Assembly: GCA_951406725.2 (NCBI GenBank)
Contig: OX597815.1
Location: 27,404,001-27,468,000, forward strand
DNA: 64,000 nucleotides
Source: Octopus vulgaris
Taxonomy: Eukaryota
Direction of reading: 5' to 3'
This document shows, in pieces, positions 13,804 to 27,125 of the stretch. Position 1 is the stretch's first letter; the number at the start of each line of letters is the position of its first letter. The position numbers and the translations under genes are program-made. The notes below the pieces were generated by a model. That model was not told the origin of the DNA. It was given only the letters and a program-made list of their open reading frames with translations, and ran no database searches.

Positions 13804-13807
<4 letters not shown>
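13622..13807 (+). mobile_element. Penelope-like pseudo-LTR with variant hammerhead motif (13681-13716), ending in (TA)n
   Basis: cttt-CTGTAGA-A-GAGC gtag GCTC-GAAAC-GTA-aaag. Stems I and II pair; the core deviates from CUGAnGA. Homologous to 56190-56365. Confidence 0.65.
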
Positions 13808-13861
<54 letters not shown>

Positions 13862-14261
13862 AGTAAGAGAGAGAGAGAGAGAGTTAGTATTTGATAAATT
13901 ATATTCCTGGTAGTTTGACGATAAAGCACTTTCGCTGGCTTGGTATTCGTTGAGTATGTAATTAATGAGTGAGACGAAAGATGGAAGATATGAGAATCTT
14001 TATTGATCACTCTAATCGTTTCGACCCGTCTAGCATCGATCTTTCGCAGGTGGGTTACTGTGTAACTGGTTTAGGTATATCTCTCGGTGTAGAAGTGTCC
14101 CCTCAAATGATTTCAAGAGGTATCTCGTTAAAATAAACTTTGTTTCAAACTTATTTCTGGGTGTTTTCGTCTTGGTTTTCGTATTAAAAAAACGGCAAAT
14201 GAAGGGATAGAATTTCATTCTTATAGAAATCCATAACAAAGGTTAGATACAAAAAGAACAC

Positions 14262-14351
<90 letters not shown>

Positions 14352-14355
<4 letters not shown>

Positions 14356-14668
14356 CGCGAAACTTAACGGTTAAGGTATTCGGCTCACGACCGTAAACAT
14401 GAATTCGATTCCAGGCGGTGCATTGAGTCCTTGAGCAAGACACTTTATTTCACATTGCTTCAGCCAGTTCAACTGGCAAAAATGAGTTTTACATGTATTT
14501 CAAAAGGCCAGCTTTGTCACATTCTCTATCATGCTGAATTTCCCTGAGAACTACGTGAGGGGTACGCGTGTGCGTGGAGTGCTCAGCCACTCGCGCTTCA
14601 ATTTCATGTGCATACTGTTCCTTTGATCGGATCATTCTGGAACCCTCGTAGCCGTAACCGACGGGGAA
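14352..14668 (+). mobile_element. SINE family D (OR2-like), degraded
   Basis: tRNA-like head, cttgagcaagacactttatttcac, and a tail shared with 34567-34862 and 44176-44560. Confidence 0.8.
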
Positions 14669-14676
14669 CAAGGCTG

Positions 14677-14734
<58 letters not shown>

Positions 14735-15080
14735 GGTAAGATCCAAGGATCAAAGAGTAGGAAATAGTTGAGCTTCAAGCAATCCATAGAAGGTATAAAA
14801 AAAAAAACAACTTTCAGGAACAATAGTAGTTTATTGGCACAGAAGTTTGTGAATTTTTCCTATATTGAAGTTCGATAAGCTGAAAAAAAGTTAATTTTAT
14901 AGTTAACAGTTAGCAACAGGGATTGTTGTATATGCGAATAAACATTCAAAAATTAGGGAATGGAGTAGATAAAATCCATGCTACATATGTTTCATAGCTA
15001 GCGGAATCTCGGAAGTAGTAAATTATCCGAACGAGATGTAGACTGCAAGCTACTCTTCAGACCAAGGATATATATATATA

Positions 15081-15272
15081 AAGTTACGGGAAAACACAAC
15101 AACGCGAGGACGTGGAACAAGTATAGTGTTATTGGACGCTCAGGAAAGGAAAGAAGGATGGGGGATTTAACGTTTCGAGCGGAGCTCTTCGTCAGAAACA
15201 TAGAAAAAGAAAGATCCAAGGAAGGGAAGACGGAGGGGGAAATCGCCAACGATACACACGCGGTCACATATT
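15081..15272 (-). mobile_element. Penelope-like pseudo-LTR between (TA)n tracts
   Basis: Carries the hammerhead motif at 15165-15199; shares cctgagcgt downstream of the motif with 13622-13807. Confidence 0.7.
15165..15199 (-). ncRNA. Minimal type I hammerhead ribozyme motif
   Basis: Minus strand: gttt-CTGACGA-A-GAGC tcc GCTC-GAAAC-GTT-aaat. Stem III has no loop and is palindromic (AACGTT). Confidence 0.65.
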
Positions 15273-15276
15273 GAAT

Positions 15277-15675
15277 ATATATATATATAAAAGTCAAGTT
15301 GTGTGTCTGTCTCCTACGATTTAGATTCCTAACTACTCCCACATTTTGCGGTGCAGTGTAACCAAAAGCGGGTATCTTATAGTCGTGATTCATATCGAGC
15401 CCTTTTGGGTATTAGCGCGTGTCTACGATGAGTCTACGATTTTAAAAATAATTTACCATCATTTTTTTCCATTTTAATGCATTTTTTCGCTATTATATAA
15501 GGGAAGTAACTCTCTAAAAATGTCTACAATTAGTCAACGATTTAAAAAAAAATTTACCATCATTTTTTTTCCATTTTTAATGCCTTTTTTTGCTATTTTT
15601 TGGCTATAACTCTCTAAAAATGCTTATATAGTTATTTCCCTTACAAACCCGAGCAACACCGGGCGATACTGCTAG
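15277..15675 (+). mobile_element. Non-autonomous Helitron
   Basis: 3' hairpin cccgagcaacaccggg followed by CTAG|T; 5' end merges with a TA run. Confidence 0.85.
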
Positions 15676-16487
15676 TATATATATAACAATATTACTTGAT
15701 TATTAGGACGGCCGTTTATTTAAATTATTATTATGTTAGTCGCTACAATATGGAAGATAACTTTTTATAGTTGTTTGTGTTCACAAGATATTTGTAGATC
15801 TCGAATCCATTCGGTAGATAGTTTCATCCCTGTGCCTAGTGGAGAAACATGGAGTAGTACAGTCTAAATAAGCAAAGAGGGTGAGAGATCTACTCTCGCG
15901 CGTTGATCACCATACTGAAAGTGTTGCACTTTGAGCAAAGAGGGATCGACCATAAGGAAGAGAAAGCTATTTGGTTTCACGTATTTATATTCTTTGTAAT
16001 TAGATTAGGTCAAGCAAAAACGAAGGATTTTTCCTCTCTAATCAGCTTTGACCGATGAATAACTCGAAAAAGTTAAAGCGGTTAGCTTCTTATTCTCATT
16101 AATCTCTTAGTGCAAAAAGCGAAAACAATTGGCCGAGGACTCGCTTGAAGCTGTGGATTCGATTTCGAATCCTGCCTTAGGTATTTGGTAGTTGTTCACT
16201 GCTCGCATACGCACATGCACACGCGCACACATACATATATATGTAGTCTTGAAAAAATAGGCAATCGTGGGAATTCCTTTCATTATAGGTCTGCTTTTTC
16301 TGGTTATTCTGCACTAACTTAGGAATAAAAAGCAACGATACTGTGTTGTTGCAGTAAGTTGCATCCAATCGTTCGGATGCGATAACACTGAGTGTTACTC
16401 ATACAGATGTGCGCACGCGCGCGCGCACATACACACACACAAACACACACACACACAAACACACAAACACACGCACACACACTCACA

Positions 16488-16667
16488 CTATTATTATTAT
16501 TATTATCATCATTATTATTATTATTTTTAATATTATTATTTTTATTATTATTATATTTTATAATAATAATAATAACAATAACAATAATAATAATAATGAT
16601 GATAATAATAATAATAATAATAATAATATCAATAATGATGATGATAACAATAATAATAATAATAATG

Positions 16668-16701
<34 letters not shown>

Positions 16702-16736
16702 TAATGATGATGATGATAATAATAATAATAATAATG

Positions 16737-16792
<56 letters not shown>
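16488..16792. repeat. (TTA)n switching to (TAA/TGA)n microsatellite
   Basis: Direct reading. Confidence 0.95.
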
Positions 16793-16793
<1 letters not shown>

Positions 16794-16841
16794 GTTCACA
16801 CTGGTGTGATCTTAACATTGCGATAAAGTGAAAAAATGTAC

Positions 16842-17252
16842 ATTGTTTTGTCTTGGTATAAAAGATTACAAAATATTCTGACCATAACCTTAACCAGTTG
16901 ACATGTCCCTTCTGACGATATGTGCATCTCTGAATCATCATAGCCATGTGTTGAGAGGGATTCTTTGGGGTTTGAATAATTCACTTCTGGAAACATGGGT
17001 GGTTCTTTCAACATCCTTAAACAACCCTTATTCAGGGACCTTTTGAGCGGGATGGGTTACTCGACCAGAAGAAAATTCTAACTGGGCCCCACCTGCAAGG
17101 TCATGTGCTGTTTATCTTGATATGTCGCGCACATATGGTTGTGATGCATGTGCCTGGTGTGCCCTTATCAGACGGGTAGTCATGATGGGTATATTGGGCT
17201 TCGTATATTTTACCCCAGTGTCACTTTGATGGCATGAACTGTTCTCTCACTC

Positions 17253-17306
<54 letters not shown>
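16842..17306. mobile_element. Unclassified interspersed element ending in (AAT)n, flanked by a ~48-bp direct duplication
   Basis: ggttcacactggtgtga..cattgcgataaagtgaaaaaa(t)gtac occurs at 16793-16841 and 17307-17352. Confidence 0.6.
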
Positions 17307-17307
<1 letters not shown>

Positions 17308-17818
17308 GTTCACACTGGTGTGAATTGCATTGCGATAAAGTGAAAAAAGTACTCAGTTACAAGACATAATATACATTTTCCTACCAATCGGATGTATATT
17401 TTGTACAGTTAACTTTATAGCTAAATCAACAAGAGAAATGGAATGTTGTCGGAGTTTTTCCCTTTTTTATTCTCATTCATTGTTATTATTTTCTGCTCTT
17501 TAAGATCAATAACCACTTTATATTTATTGATTCACGATTAGGTTAAAAGCTAATATTTGTCTAGTTAAGTTAATGTTCACATATCGAATGCACCAATCGT
17601 TCCTAAACGAGACATAGTCATACGGCACAGAATGCTTTTTACCTCAATAGACGTCAGTGATTGGTTGAAATTGCAGAAACTATGGGAGACAACTTTGACA
17701 TGATTAAGTTTTTAGAGTTCCTCGAAGACGTATATAGTCCATTGTACTCACTGAAGTAAGGACGCCGGTGTCACTGAGTCAATGTACACTATTGTATATC
17801 ATCAGTGTTGAAAATTTA

Positions 17819-18250
17819 GGATCTTTTCGGTTTGAACGGCAGTTTTTCTAGCGGTGTCATATGAAATTGTCACCCATAATTATGACCCTAGTATCGATCT
17901 ATTGCATTTCAATCTGTTTTAGGGTTAAGGTTAATTAGGGTTAGTCAGGGTTAGGGTTAGAGGTGGGGAAAGGGTATCTTTTTTCTTGGTAAATAAACCC
18001 AATCTGTTTCCTAAACGAGACATAGTCATACGGCACAGAATGCTTTTTACCTCAATAGACGTCAGTGATTGGTTGAAATTGCAGAAATTGAAGAAAAAAA
18101 ACAACAAATATCTTACAAACTATAGAGTTTTCTCAATAAAGCCAAGAGAAAAAGGTGTTTTATAAACACATACTACCAGTATACGAAGCTTAAAAGTGTT
18201 TAGTTACGTGGAAATTATATTAAAAACTGCCGTTCAAACCGAAAAGATCC
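17819..18250. mobile_element. Merlin-like MITE carrying TTAGGG repeats
   Basis: TIR ggatcttttcggtttgaacggcagtttt / aaaactgccgttcaaaccgaaaagatcc; same family as 24656 and 52026. Confidence 0.9.
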
Positions 18251-18426
18251 AACATTTTAGTATATTTTAAAGAATGAATTAATTCGTCTGCATGAAACAA
18301 GAATAGTAACCAAAGATTAAAACATCAATCTTCATGTTCGTTTCCATTCTTTTCGAATCGTGCACTTTAAATCTATGGTTTTCGCTCTCATCTTAGGATA
18401 TACTGAAAAGAACGTTTATAAGCTCA

Positions 18427-18813
18427 CTAGCAGTATCGCCCGGCGTTGCTCGGGTTTGTTTCGACCCGCTGGAATTGGAATTTTTGAAAAGTAAAAATTT
18501 TGCATTATGTAGCTTGTTATTCTCTTCAATGAACATTTTTGTGGTTGAAATACACCGAAAAGTGGCGACACAGCAGTGAAAAAATCGTAAAAAATAGGGA
18601 TTTTCATAGAAAAAAGCACCTTTTTGATGTAAATAATTTATGGTGTTAACATGGTCCGATTTGAATTTTATCTTCTACGGAAGGAAGAGCAACCCTTCTA
18701 TCATACTCTCAATTTTGGTCAACTTGCGCCGCAGGGTCTCGGAGGAGATAGTGTTAGTTGAAGGCTACCAAACCTGCCATACACAGACAACTTCAGCTTT
18801 ATATATACAGAGA
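18427..18813 (-). mobile_element. Non-autonomous Helitron
   Basis: Minus strand A|TCtctgtatatataaag ... cccgagcaacgccgggcgatactgCTAG|T. Confidence 0.9.
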
Positions 18814-18928
18814 TAAAACACACACATTATACACATACATACACACACACACATGTATGTATGTATGGATGTATGTATGTATATATGTACATCTGTCCAC
18901 TTCTTGCCATATTTTTATCCTTCACTTC

Positions 18929-19008
<80 letters not shown>

Positions 19009-19341
19009 CTTAGCTTACAATTTTCTTTCAACAATTGACAACTGAAGTACGCTCGCAAATTAATACTACGAAAACTTAGCGACAGAAAGTAAATTAAAAC
19101 CAATTTACCTTTTCTGTTGAGTTATCATTCTAATTCGACCGTCTGATTTCCTTAAATCCGTCTGTTTTCTTCAACTGAACTTAGTTCCTATCGTTTCTTA
19201 AAGTCCTTTGTGAAATCTAGGAGTGTTTTTTTTTTTGTTATTTCTCGAGAAGGTTTTGTTTCCTGGACACTAAAAACTAACGGGAAGTAGACAATAGTCC
19301 CAGTACAATTGGTGTAATAGTGTAACTCATAATGTGAGCGG

Positions 19342-20079
19342 CTAGCATCTACTCACCATATGTCAGTGAATTGTTGCTGTGTGTTTGCAAATGTGGTCGA
19401 ATGAGAAAGTGAATTGTGTTTGGCGCCTTTTTTACTAATAACAAACACACACATGTGTGTGTGTGTGTGTTTGAGTGTTTGTATGTAGTTGTTTGAAACG
19501 TTTGTGTTTGTCACTGTCATATATGTATATGTTTGCGTGTCTATGTGTGTAAAGAGAAAGTGGGAAAAAGTGTGGTAATAGGCGGAGTAAAGCCTTTGAA
19601 GTGAGAGAGGGAAATCGTAAAATATTGAGTTTTCTCGAATTTTTGCTTAATTGGGGGTCAAATTGAAAGAAATTTATATGTCATGACCGAATGGAATGTA
19701 CTTCGAAAAATCATAGGTAAATTCCAATTGAAGAAATTGTGTGAGGAGTAAATCGTTATGTATTTATTTGTTTCTGTTTGCTCTGTATTTTTTTTGAGTA
19801 GTGGTTTAAGGTACACTTGCAAAGAGAAAGTAGGAGAAAGTATGGTAATAGCAGGAGTGAAGCAGTTGAAATTAGAGAGGCAAATCGTAAAATATTTACT
19901 TTTCTCGAATTTTTGCTTAATTGGGGGTCAAATTGAAAAACCTTTATATGCCATGACCCAATCGAATCTACTTCGAAAAATCATAGGTAAATTCCAATTG
20001 AAGAAATTCTATTTTGTAGAATTGTATTAAAAATGAACATGGTAACAGGCAGAGAAAATCTGCCTTTTATCATAAGAGA
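19342..20079 (-). mobile_element. Non-autonomous Helitron with an internal duplicated ~190-bp block (copies ~270-300 bp apart)
   Basis: Minus strand starts A|TCtcttatgataaaag and ends in a weak hairpin plus CTAG; 19550-19740 is repeated at 19820-20010. Confidence 0.65.
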
Positions 20080-20473
20080 TTCCGTTGTAATTTAAGTGGC
20101 CCAGTTCAGCTTTAACACGGGTGTATTCACTATACCTATAAAACAAAGAAAAAAGCAGCCAGTTTCTTCGGTAGTTTTCAGACTGTACCTTTTGTGATGT
20201 TCAGACACCACTTCTGTCAACTTGTGCAACTCCGCCAAGACTTAGGTTTCACATGCAGTAACAGAACTTCTTTCGCGCGAACATTGGACCTTTTATTTTC
20301 CTCCTTTCACACGCTTTGTGACAGATTACTACAGGGACTGGACCATAGATTTTTTATGCAAATAGATCATCATAAACTTTTCAAACTTTTGTGTTCTCTT
20401 TCTAACTCGTCGCAATCGTTAATTATGTAACAATCAAATAATATCTATATTGAGTATAGACTATCTTTCAAAA

Positions 20474-20706
20474 AGGCAGCGAGCTGGCAGAAACGTTAGC
20501 ACGCCGGACGGAATGCGTAGCCATATTTCGTCTGCCATTACGTTCTGAGTTCAAATTCCTTCGAGGTCGACTTTGCCTTTCATCCTTTCGGGGTCGATAA
20601 ATTAAGTACCAGTTATGCACTGGGGTCGATGAAATCGACTTAATGCCTTTGTCTGTCCTTGTTTGTCCCCTCTATGTTTAGCCCCTTGTGGGTAATAAAG
20701 AAATAT
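20474..20706 (+). mobile_element. SINE family B, full length with TSD
   Basis: Flanked by tatagactatctttcaa on both sides. Confidence 0.93.
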
Positions 20707-21034
20707 ATAGACTATCTTTCAATTCATTTTTAGTACATCCAGAAATTAACTTGTCACATCTCCACGTGCCACATCTCACTTACTACTTGTTCACTTGTTA
20801 TAGCTTGCTTCATTCATTAATATATGTGTGTGTATCTTTTAATTTTTTACCGGTAGAAGTTACCAAGCGACTCGGGGGCTGGCTGAGAGTTCGTGCATTG
20901 GCGTTTATCAAAATGGTTTCAAGTTATAGGGATTACTTTTGTATTGACCGGTTAAAATGATAATTCTCTGAATTGTTTTCCAGAACTCTAGGCATCTTCA
21001 GCCACTTTGTGACTTCCACTGATTATTCAGTAGG

Positions 21035-21258
21035 TTTTTTTTGTTTTTTTTATATCGTGCTTTCACTTCACTACCGAGCATAGCTCTGTGTACCTTGGGT
21101 ATGTGCTGTGATTTGTTGTGATGCTCTGATGGTTACTGTATTGAAAGTGTTTTGCGTAGGATGTGTGCAGGGCCCAGTAGTGCAATTTTCTGTATGTTAT
21201 ATGTGTTTGTAAGTCCTGGTGTTTTTGTCATGTATTTGTCTGAATATTTTTTTATCTT
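21035..21258 (-). mobile_element. 3' end of an R4/Dong LINE next to (TAA)n
   Basis: Minus strand KYSDKYMTKTPGLTNTYNIQKIALLGPAHILRKTLSIQ*, matching the R4-type QK..LLGTAHILRK terminus. Adjacent TTA repeat fits Dong targeting. Confidence 0.85.
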
Positions 21259-22591
21259 TTATTATTATTATTATTATTATTGTTGTTGTTGTTGTTGTTA
21301 ATAATAATAATGTATGTGTGTAGGGGTGATAGTTTTTCAAAAGTGGAGAAAAGGAGAAAACCGTAAGAAAATCATAAAAACAATACCATAGACTTGGTGA
21401 TCTGTCATTTACAGATTTGTAAAAGGAAAAAATGAATGTTTCTTATTAATTCAATTTTCGATAATTCAATTAACTTTGTTAATCTAATGTATTCTTTTCC
21501 AAAAATAAATACTCTTCATTACATGTATGGGTTTGTAAATTAAATCCTTTATTTTTATCTTTTACATGTTTCAGCCGATGGACTGCGGCCATGCTGGTGC
21601 ACCACCTTGAAGAATTTAGTCGAACAAATCGACCGCAGTGCGTATTTTTAAAACTCTAATACTTATTCTTTTGATCTGCTAAGTTACGGGGACGAAAACA
21701 GACCAACACCGTCTATCAGGCGGTCTGGAGGACAAACCTCATAGATACGCACACACACACATGTGTGTACGTGCGCGCACGTGTATATGCATACATATCT
21801 AACGATGGGGTGACTAAAATTGCAATGAATTATATGTGGCAAATAAATGAGAGGAAGAAAAATACTGTTCATTGAAATTATCCTTTATTTTCATTGTTAC
21901 AATGTAGAAGACAATTTCATCAAGTTGTTATACACAAATTATTTTCCGTTGCGTTATCCATTCTGCAGGTGGTTAACTTCATCTTTTGTTGACTGCTAGA
22001 AGACTGGTTGGGAAAGGAGAAAGAAACAGAGTCTACCTCTCTGGATAAACAAGAAGAGTGGCTAAAAGTCGTATTTTCGCGCGCAGACTAGCCATGCGTG
22101 AATTGAGAAAAAGACAGGTATGCTTTTCTAGCGAGGGGCTTGAGTGAAAACATAGAACTGAATTTGGGTTCTGTATTTATATTTTTTAAACTAAATTAGG
22201 TCAGGCTGGACAAAAAATTTTCTGTCTCTTATCTGCTTGAATCGCAGTTAACCTAAGAATACTAACTTAAACAATAGAATAATAACTAAGTCAGTTTGAC
22301 TATCATAAATTTTTCAGTGCAAAAGTCGAGAACAATAGAGGAGGAAATCGTAGAAAAATGTGGATTCGGTTTCGAGTCCTGGTTTAGAATCTAAGGAACT
22401 TCGTTACACGCGCGCGCACGCACACACGGACACACACACACACATATGCGTGCATACTTATATTTACAAGTCAGGCTGTATATATACAGTTTCTGTCTAG
22501 CAAATTCATTCAAAAGACACTTACCCAGGGTATTGCGCATTGGAACTGAACATGAAACCACGAAGTTGCAAATCGAGCTTTTTAACTACAT

Positions 22592-22855
22592 GGATGGAAG
22601 CACTCCGTCGGTTACGACGATGAGGGTCCCGGTTGATCCGAATCAACGGAACAGCCCGCTCGTGAAATTAATGTGTAAGTGGCTGAGCACTCCACAGTCA
22701 CGTGTACCCTTAACGTAGTTCTCGGGGATATTCAGCGTGACACAGAGAGTGACAAGGCCGGCCCTTTGAAATACAGGTACAACAGAAACAGGAAGAAAGA
22801 GTGAGAGAAAGTTGTGGTGAAAGAGTACAGCAGGGATCACCACCATCCCCTGCCA
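22592..22855 (-). mobile_element. 5'-truncated SINE family C, tail type 3
   Basis: Reverse complement of about 44299-44560. Confidence 0.9.
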
Positions 22856-22933
22856 GATTTTAACTACACAGTGAAATGGAAAATGTTTGTTTGCCATTTA
22901 GATTACTTTTTGTGCTCAATATTTATTATAACT

Positions 22934-23715
22934 CAAATTCTGCCGAGATTGATTTTGCCTTTCATCCTTTCGGGGTCGATAAATTTAGTACCAGTTATGT
23001 ACTGGTGTCGATCTAATTGACTGGCCCCCTCCCCAAAAATTTCGGCCCTTGTGCCTAGAGTAGAAAAGAATATTTATTATAACTAAGGCGGCGAGCTGGC
23101 AGAAACGTTAGCACACCACCAGGCGAAATGCTTAGCGGCATTTCGTCTGCTGCTACGTTGAGTTCAAATTCCGCCGAGGTCGACTTTGCCTTTTATCCTT
23201 TCGGGGTCGATTAAATAAGTACCAGTTACGCACTGAGGTCGATATAATCGACATAATCCGTTTGTCTGTCCTTGTTTGTCCCTTCTGTGTTTAGCCCCTT
23301 GTGGGTAGTAAAGAAATAGGTATTTCGTCTGCCGCTACGTTCTGAGTTCAAATTCCGCCGAGGTCGACTGCCTTTCATCCTTTCGGAGTCGATAAATTAA
23401 GTAGCAGTTGCGTACTGGGGTTGATTTAATCGACTGGCTCGCTCCCCAAAAAATTTCCAGCTTTGTGCTTAGAGTAGAAAAGAACGCTTATGATAACTAA
23501 GGCGGCGTGCTGACAGAATTGTTAGAACGCCGTGAAAAATACTTAGCGGTATTTCGTTCGACTTTACGTTCTTTTTTTTTTAATTCTACCAAGATCGACT
23601 TTGCCTTTCATTTTTGCAAGGTCGATAAAGTAGTACCAGCTAATCACTAGGATCGATGTAATCGACTTACCCCCCTACGAATTCGCTGGCATGGTGTCAA
23701 AATTGGAAACCAATA
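22934..23715 (+). mobile_element. Cluster of four SINE family B units
   Basis: Truncated unit with TSD aatatttattataact (22918-22933 and 23069-23084), a dimer at 23086-23485, and an older copy from about 23500. Confidence 0.9.
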
Positions 23716-24124
23716 TTTGTTATGATTGCAATGTAAGATCTTTTTTAAAGCTATTGTGATAGCTTCATTAGAAGAGGAAGAGCAACGCCTGTATTCCTTT
23801 GTCAGGATCTCCCAGACGCTTGACAGTTTAGGAATCCTAACCCCAAATCTTGCAACAGAGTGTTATGCTGCTAAATGCAACGAAAGGTCAGCTATTGATG
23901 TTTGTCTGGGTGGCTGATTAGCTCTATGACCCATAAAACAGGATTAGTCATTTAGTCTGGCCTCTATATAGTCTCCATCCACAGAATCTCCCTCAAAAGG
24001 CTTGGGTCGACCTGCAACTATGGGGGGGGGGTGGAGACACTTCCTCAAAGTACCACATCGTGGAATTAAATTCAAATCCACGTAGATGCGAAGCGAACTT
24101 CTTAACTTACCACCAACAATTCAT

Positions 24125-24206
24125 ATACTACTATTTTTGCTATTGTTACTACTATTGCCACTACTATTGTTACTACTACTGCCGCTACTACTACTACTAC
24201 TACTAT

Positions 24207-24263
<57 letters not shown>
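24125..24263. repeat. (CTA)n microsatellite
   Basis: Direct reading. Confidence 0.95.
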
Positions 24264-24264
<1 letters not shown>

Positions 24265-24655
24265 GTGTGTGTATTTGACGGCTTATAAGGTGCATGAGTT
24301 TAAAAGACACCTGTCAATCTTGGCAGACCCTTTCTTGATAGCGATCGAAACCTTGACCCAGACATATTCTAAGACATTTTCAAATGCGGTATTTTATAAA
24401 ACTTACAACAATCGATTTGATATTTATCAACCCATTTAAATTCATAAAACATATCGTACATAACATATAAACAAGTACATCTGTTAGAACATTTGTCATT
24501 TTATAAGATTTTGCTGGCAATTTTTTAAATTAACATAAAACATTTATTTACACGAAAGAAAATTACCTGAGAACATTCATCTAATTCTTCTAAATCTTTC
24601 TGTTAAAACTATATTGAAACCATTTGTGGGGATTTTTTTTTATCACAGCAACTGA

Positions 24656-25071
24656 GGATCTTTTCGGTTTGAACGACAGTTTTTTCTAGCGGTGTCATAT
24701 GAAACTGTCACCCATAATTATGACCCTAGTATCGATCTATTGCATTTCAATCTGTTTTAGGGTTAGGGTTAGCGGTGGGGGGAAGGGTATCTTTTTTTCT
24801 TCACAAATGTAAATAAACCCAATCTGTTTCTTAAACGAGGGACATATTCATACGGCACAGATTGTTGTTTACCTCAATGGACGTCAGAGATTGGTTGAAA
24901 TTGCAGAAATTGAAGAAAAAAACAACAAATATCTTACAAACTATAGAATTTTCTCAATAAAGCCAAGAGAAAAAGATGTTTTATAAACTCATTCTACCAG
25001 TATACGAAGTTTAACATTTTTTAGTTACCTAGAAATTATGTTAAAAACTGCCGTTCAAACCGAAAAGATCC
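24656..25071. mobile_element. Merlin-like MITE with TTAGGG repeats
   Basis: Same TIRs and body as 17819-18250; no clear TSD. Confidence 0.9.
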
Positions 25072-25361
25072 CCGATACTCCAGGGTTTACTTCCGTTCGC
25101 TACGGAAGCAATAACCCTCCCATAAACTGCGGCATCCAGGGTGTGGGAGGGGGAAAAAGAGTCACTGGGTATGGTACTTCGCGTTTGCGTATTTCCTTAT
25201 CACTTATTCTAAAACCAAAAACTTAGAGAAGAGCGCATTCTTGTTTCAATATTTTTAAATTCCCGAGGACGTAAGTTTTGGGATAAAAACAGGAGACACC
25301 TGCGAGAGAAATCGGATATACAGTAACCTTGACATACAAAAACGCTCCAAACAGAGTAGTG

Positions 25362-25801
25362 GGATCTTTTCACTTTGACCGGCAGATTTTTAAAATAATT
25401 TCTTTGTAATTAAACACTTTTAAACTTCGTATACTGGTAGAATGTGTTACGTTGTGAACTTAGAATATGTGATTATTACTAAAAGTTTAATAACGATAAT
25501 CTTTTATTCATACGAACGTAACCGATATGAAATATGTCATAAATAACAGTGACAAACTGATATGACACCGCATTGACAAACAACCGCAGAAATTGTATTC
25601 ACCTCCATAGACGTCATTGATTGGTTGAAATTGCCGAGATGCAAAAAATTTAACAAGAAATAGCTTACAAACTACAGAATTTTCTCAAGGAACCAAGAGA
25701 AAAAGATGTTTTATGTAACACACTACCAGTATACGAAGTTTAAAAGTGTTTAGTTACAAAGAATTTATTTTAAAAATCTGCCGGTCAAAGTGAAAAGATC
25801 C
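25362..25801. mobile_element. Related Merlin-like MITE subfamily with long TIRs
   Basis: ggatcttttcactttgaccggcagattttt...aaaaatctgccggtcaaagtgaaaagatcc; perfect 8-bp TSD GAGTAGTG. Confidence 0.92.
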
Positions 25802-26365
25802 GAGTAGTGTACTCTTGTTTCTATACTAACAGCATAAAGACTCAATTATTATACGTTGACAACACGCAATTAAAACCCTTATCTTAACTGCAAATGATAG
25901 AGGACTCCCAACCTTTGGATATCTTTCCGAGCAATCTTAAATTCACAACATAGCGATAACTGCATCCCAAAGACCAATTTTCCTCTTTGAAACCAGCAAA
26001 TACTTCAGTTCTGACAGTTACTACTACCACTACTTCCAGATTTACCTCTGCCACTACAAAAATATCGCTAGAAACACAAGCTTCCATTGAAATTACTTTT
26101 AGATGTATTTATTTATGCCTACCGAATGCTTTTCTTCCATCTCAATGTAAGCATACAGACATATACACATAGATAAATATTTAAACATTCACACATACAC
26201 GTATGTATGTATACAAACATACACACAATACACAGTTCATATAGCCCGGTCTTCTCTTAACTTAACTAATATAACGCATATGCTACTGTTGCTTTTCTTT
26301 CCCTGTCTGTCGTCTGTCTATCGTCTGTCTGTCGTCTGCGTGTGTGTGTGTATGTGCGTGCGCGC

Positions 26366-26449
<84 letters not shown>

Positions 26450-26559
26450 GAAGCTGAAGTAAGACACACGATGTAATATTGCCCAAAGACTAGTACTGTT
26501 ACGACACCTACAAACATCCAAACTATCCGACTGATTGATAAAATACTCACCAACAATAC

Positions 26560-26810
26560 AATAAACAGACGCATGCTCCTCGCTATGCTTTTTTTTTACC
26601 ATTAATCCTCTGTTCTTTGCAATCCCACCGGACAGCCGTCTCTGACCTTATCGTCACCCATACTGTGTTTCACTTCCATCAGATCCCGCACCCAGCACCT
26701 CACCCAATCCTTCTTCCCTAGAATGTCAACATTCCAGAATTTCCTTTCCTACAAACATTTTTCCCCCTGATGACACTGACCTACGGCTGTGTAACTTGGC
26801 AATCGACGGC
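26560..26810 (+). mobile_element. Degraded CR1/Jockey-group LINE 3' fragment
   Basis: RTQHLTQSFFPRMSTFQNFL resembles the SFFPRT..LWN.LP motif. Confidence 0.45.
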
Positions 26811-26905
26811 ATCAGTCTTACCAACTTAGGAACGCCTGTGATGGTCATAGGCCTGCCTCTTTCTTTTGGATATACTACGAAAAATTTAAAAAACAAATTT
26901 CTATA

Positions 26906-27074
26906 GGCGCAGGAGTGGCTGTGTGGTAACTAGCTTGCTTACCAACCACATGGTTCCGGGTTCATTCACATTATGTGGCACCATAGGCAAGTGTCTTCTA
27001 CTATAGCCTCAGGCCGAATAAATCCTTGTGAGTGGATTTGGTAGACGGAAACTGGAAGAAGCCCGTCGTATATG

Positions 27075-27125
<51 letters not shown>

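Noticed and set aside
16392-16947. Poly-I/N/L ORFs, and similar poly-S/Y/L ORFs near 11.9, 24.1 and 35.6 kb
   Set aside because: Trinucleotide microsatellite translations.
25081-25331. Possible hAT MITE (cagggtttac...gtaaccttg)
   Set aside because: Short imperfect TIRs and no TSD.
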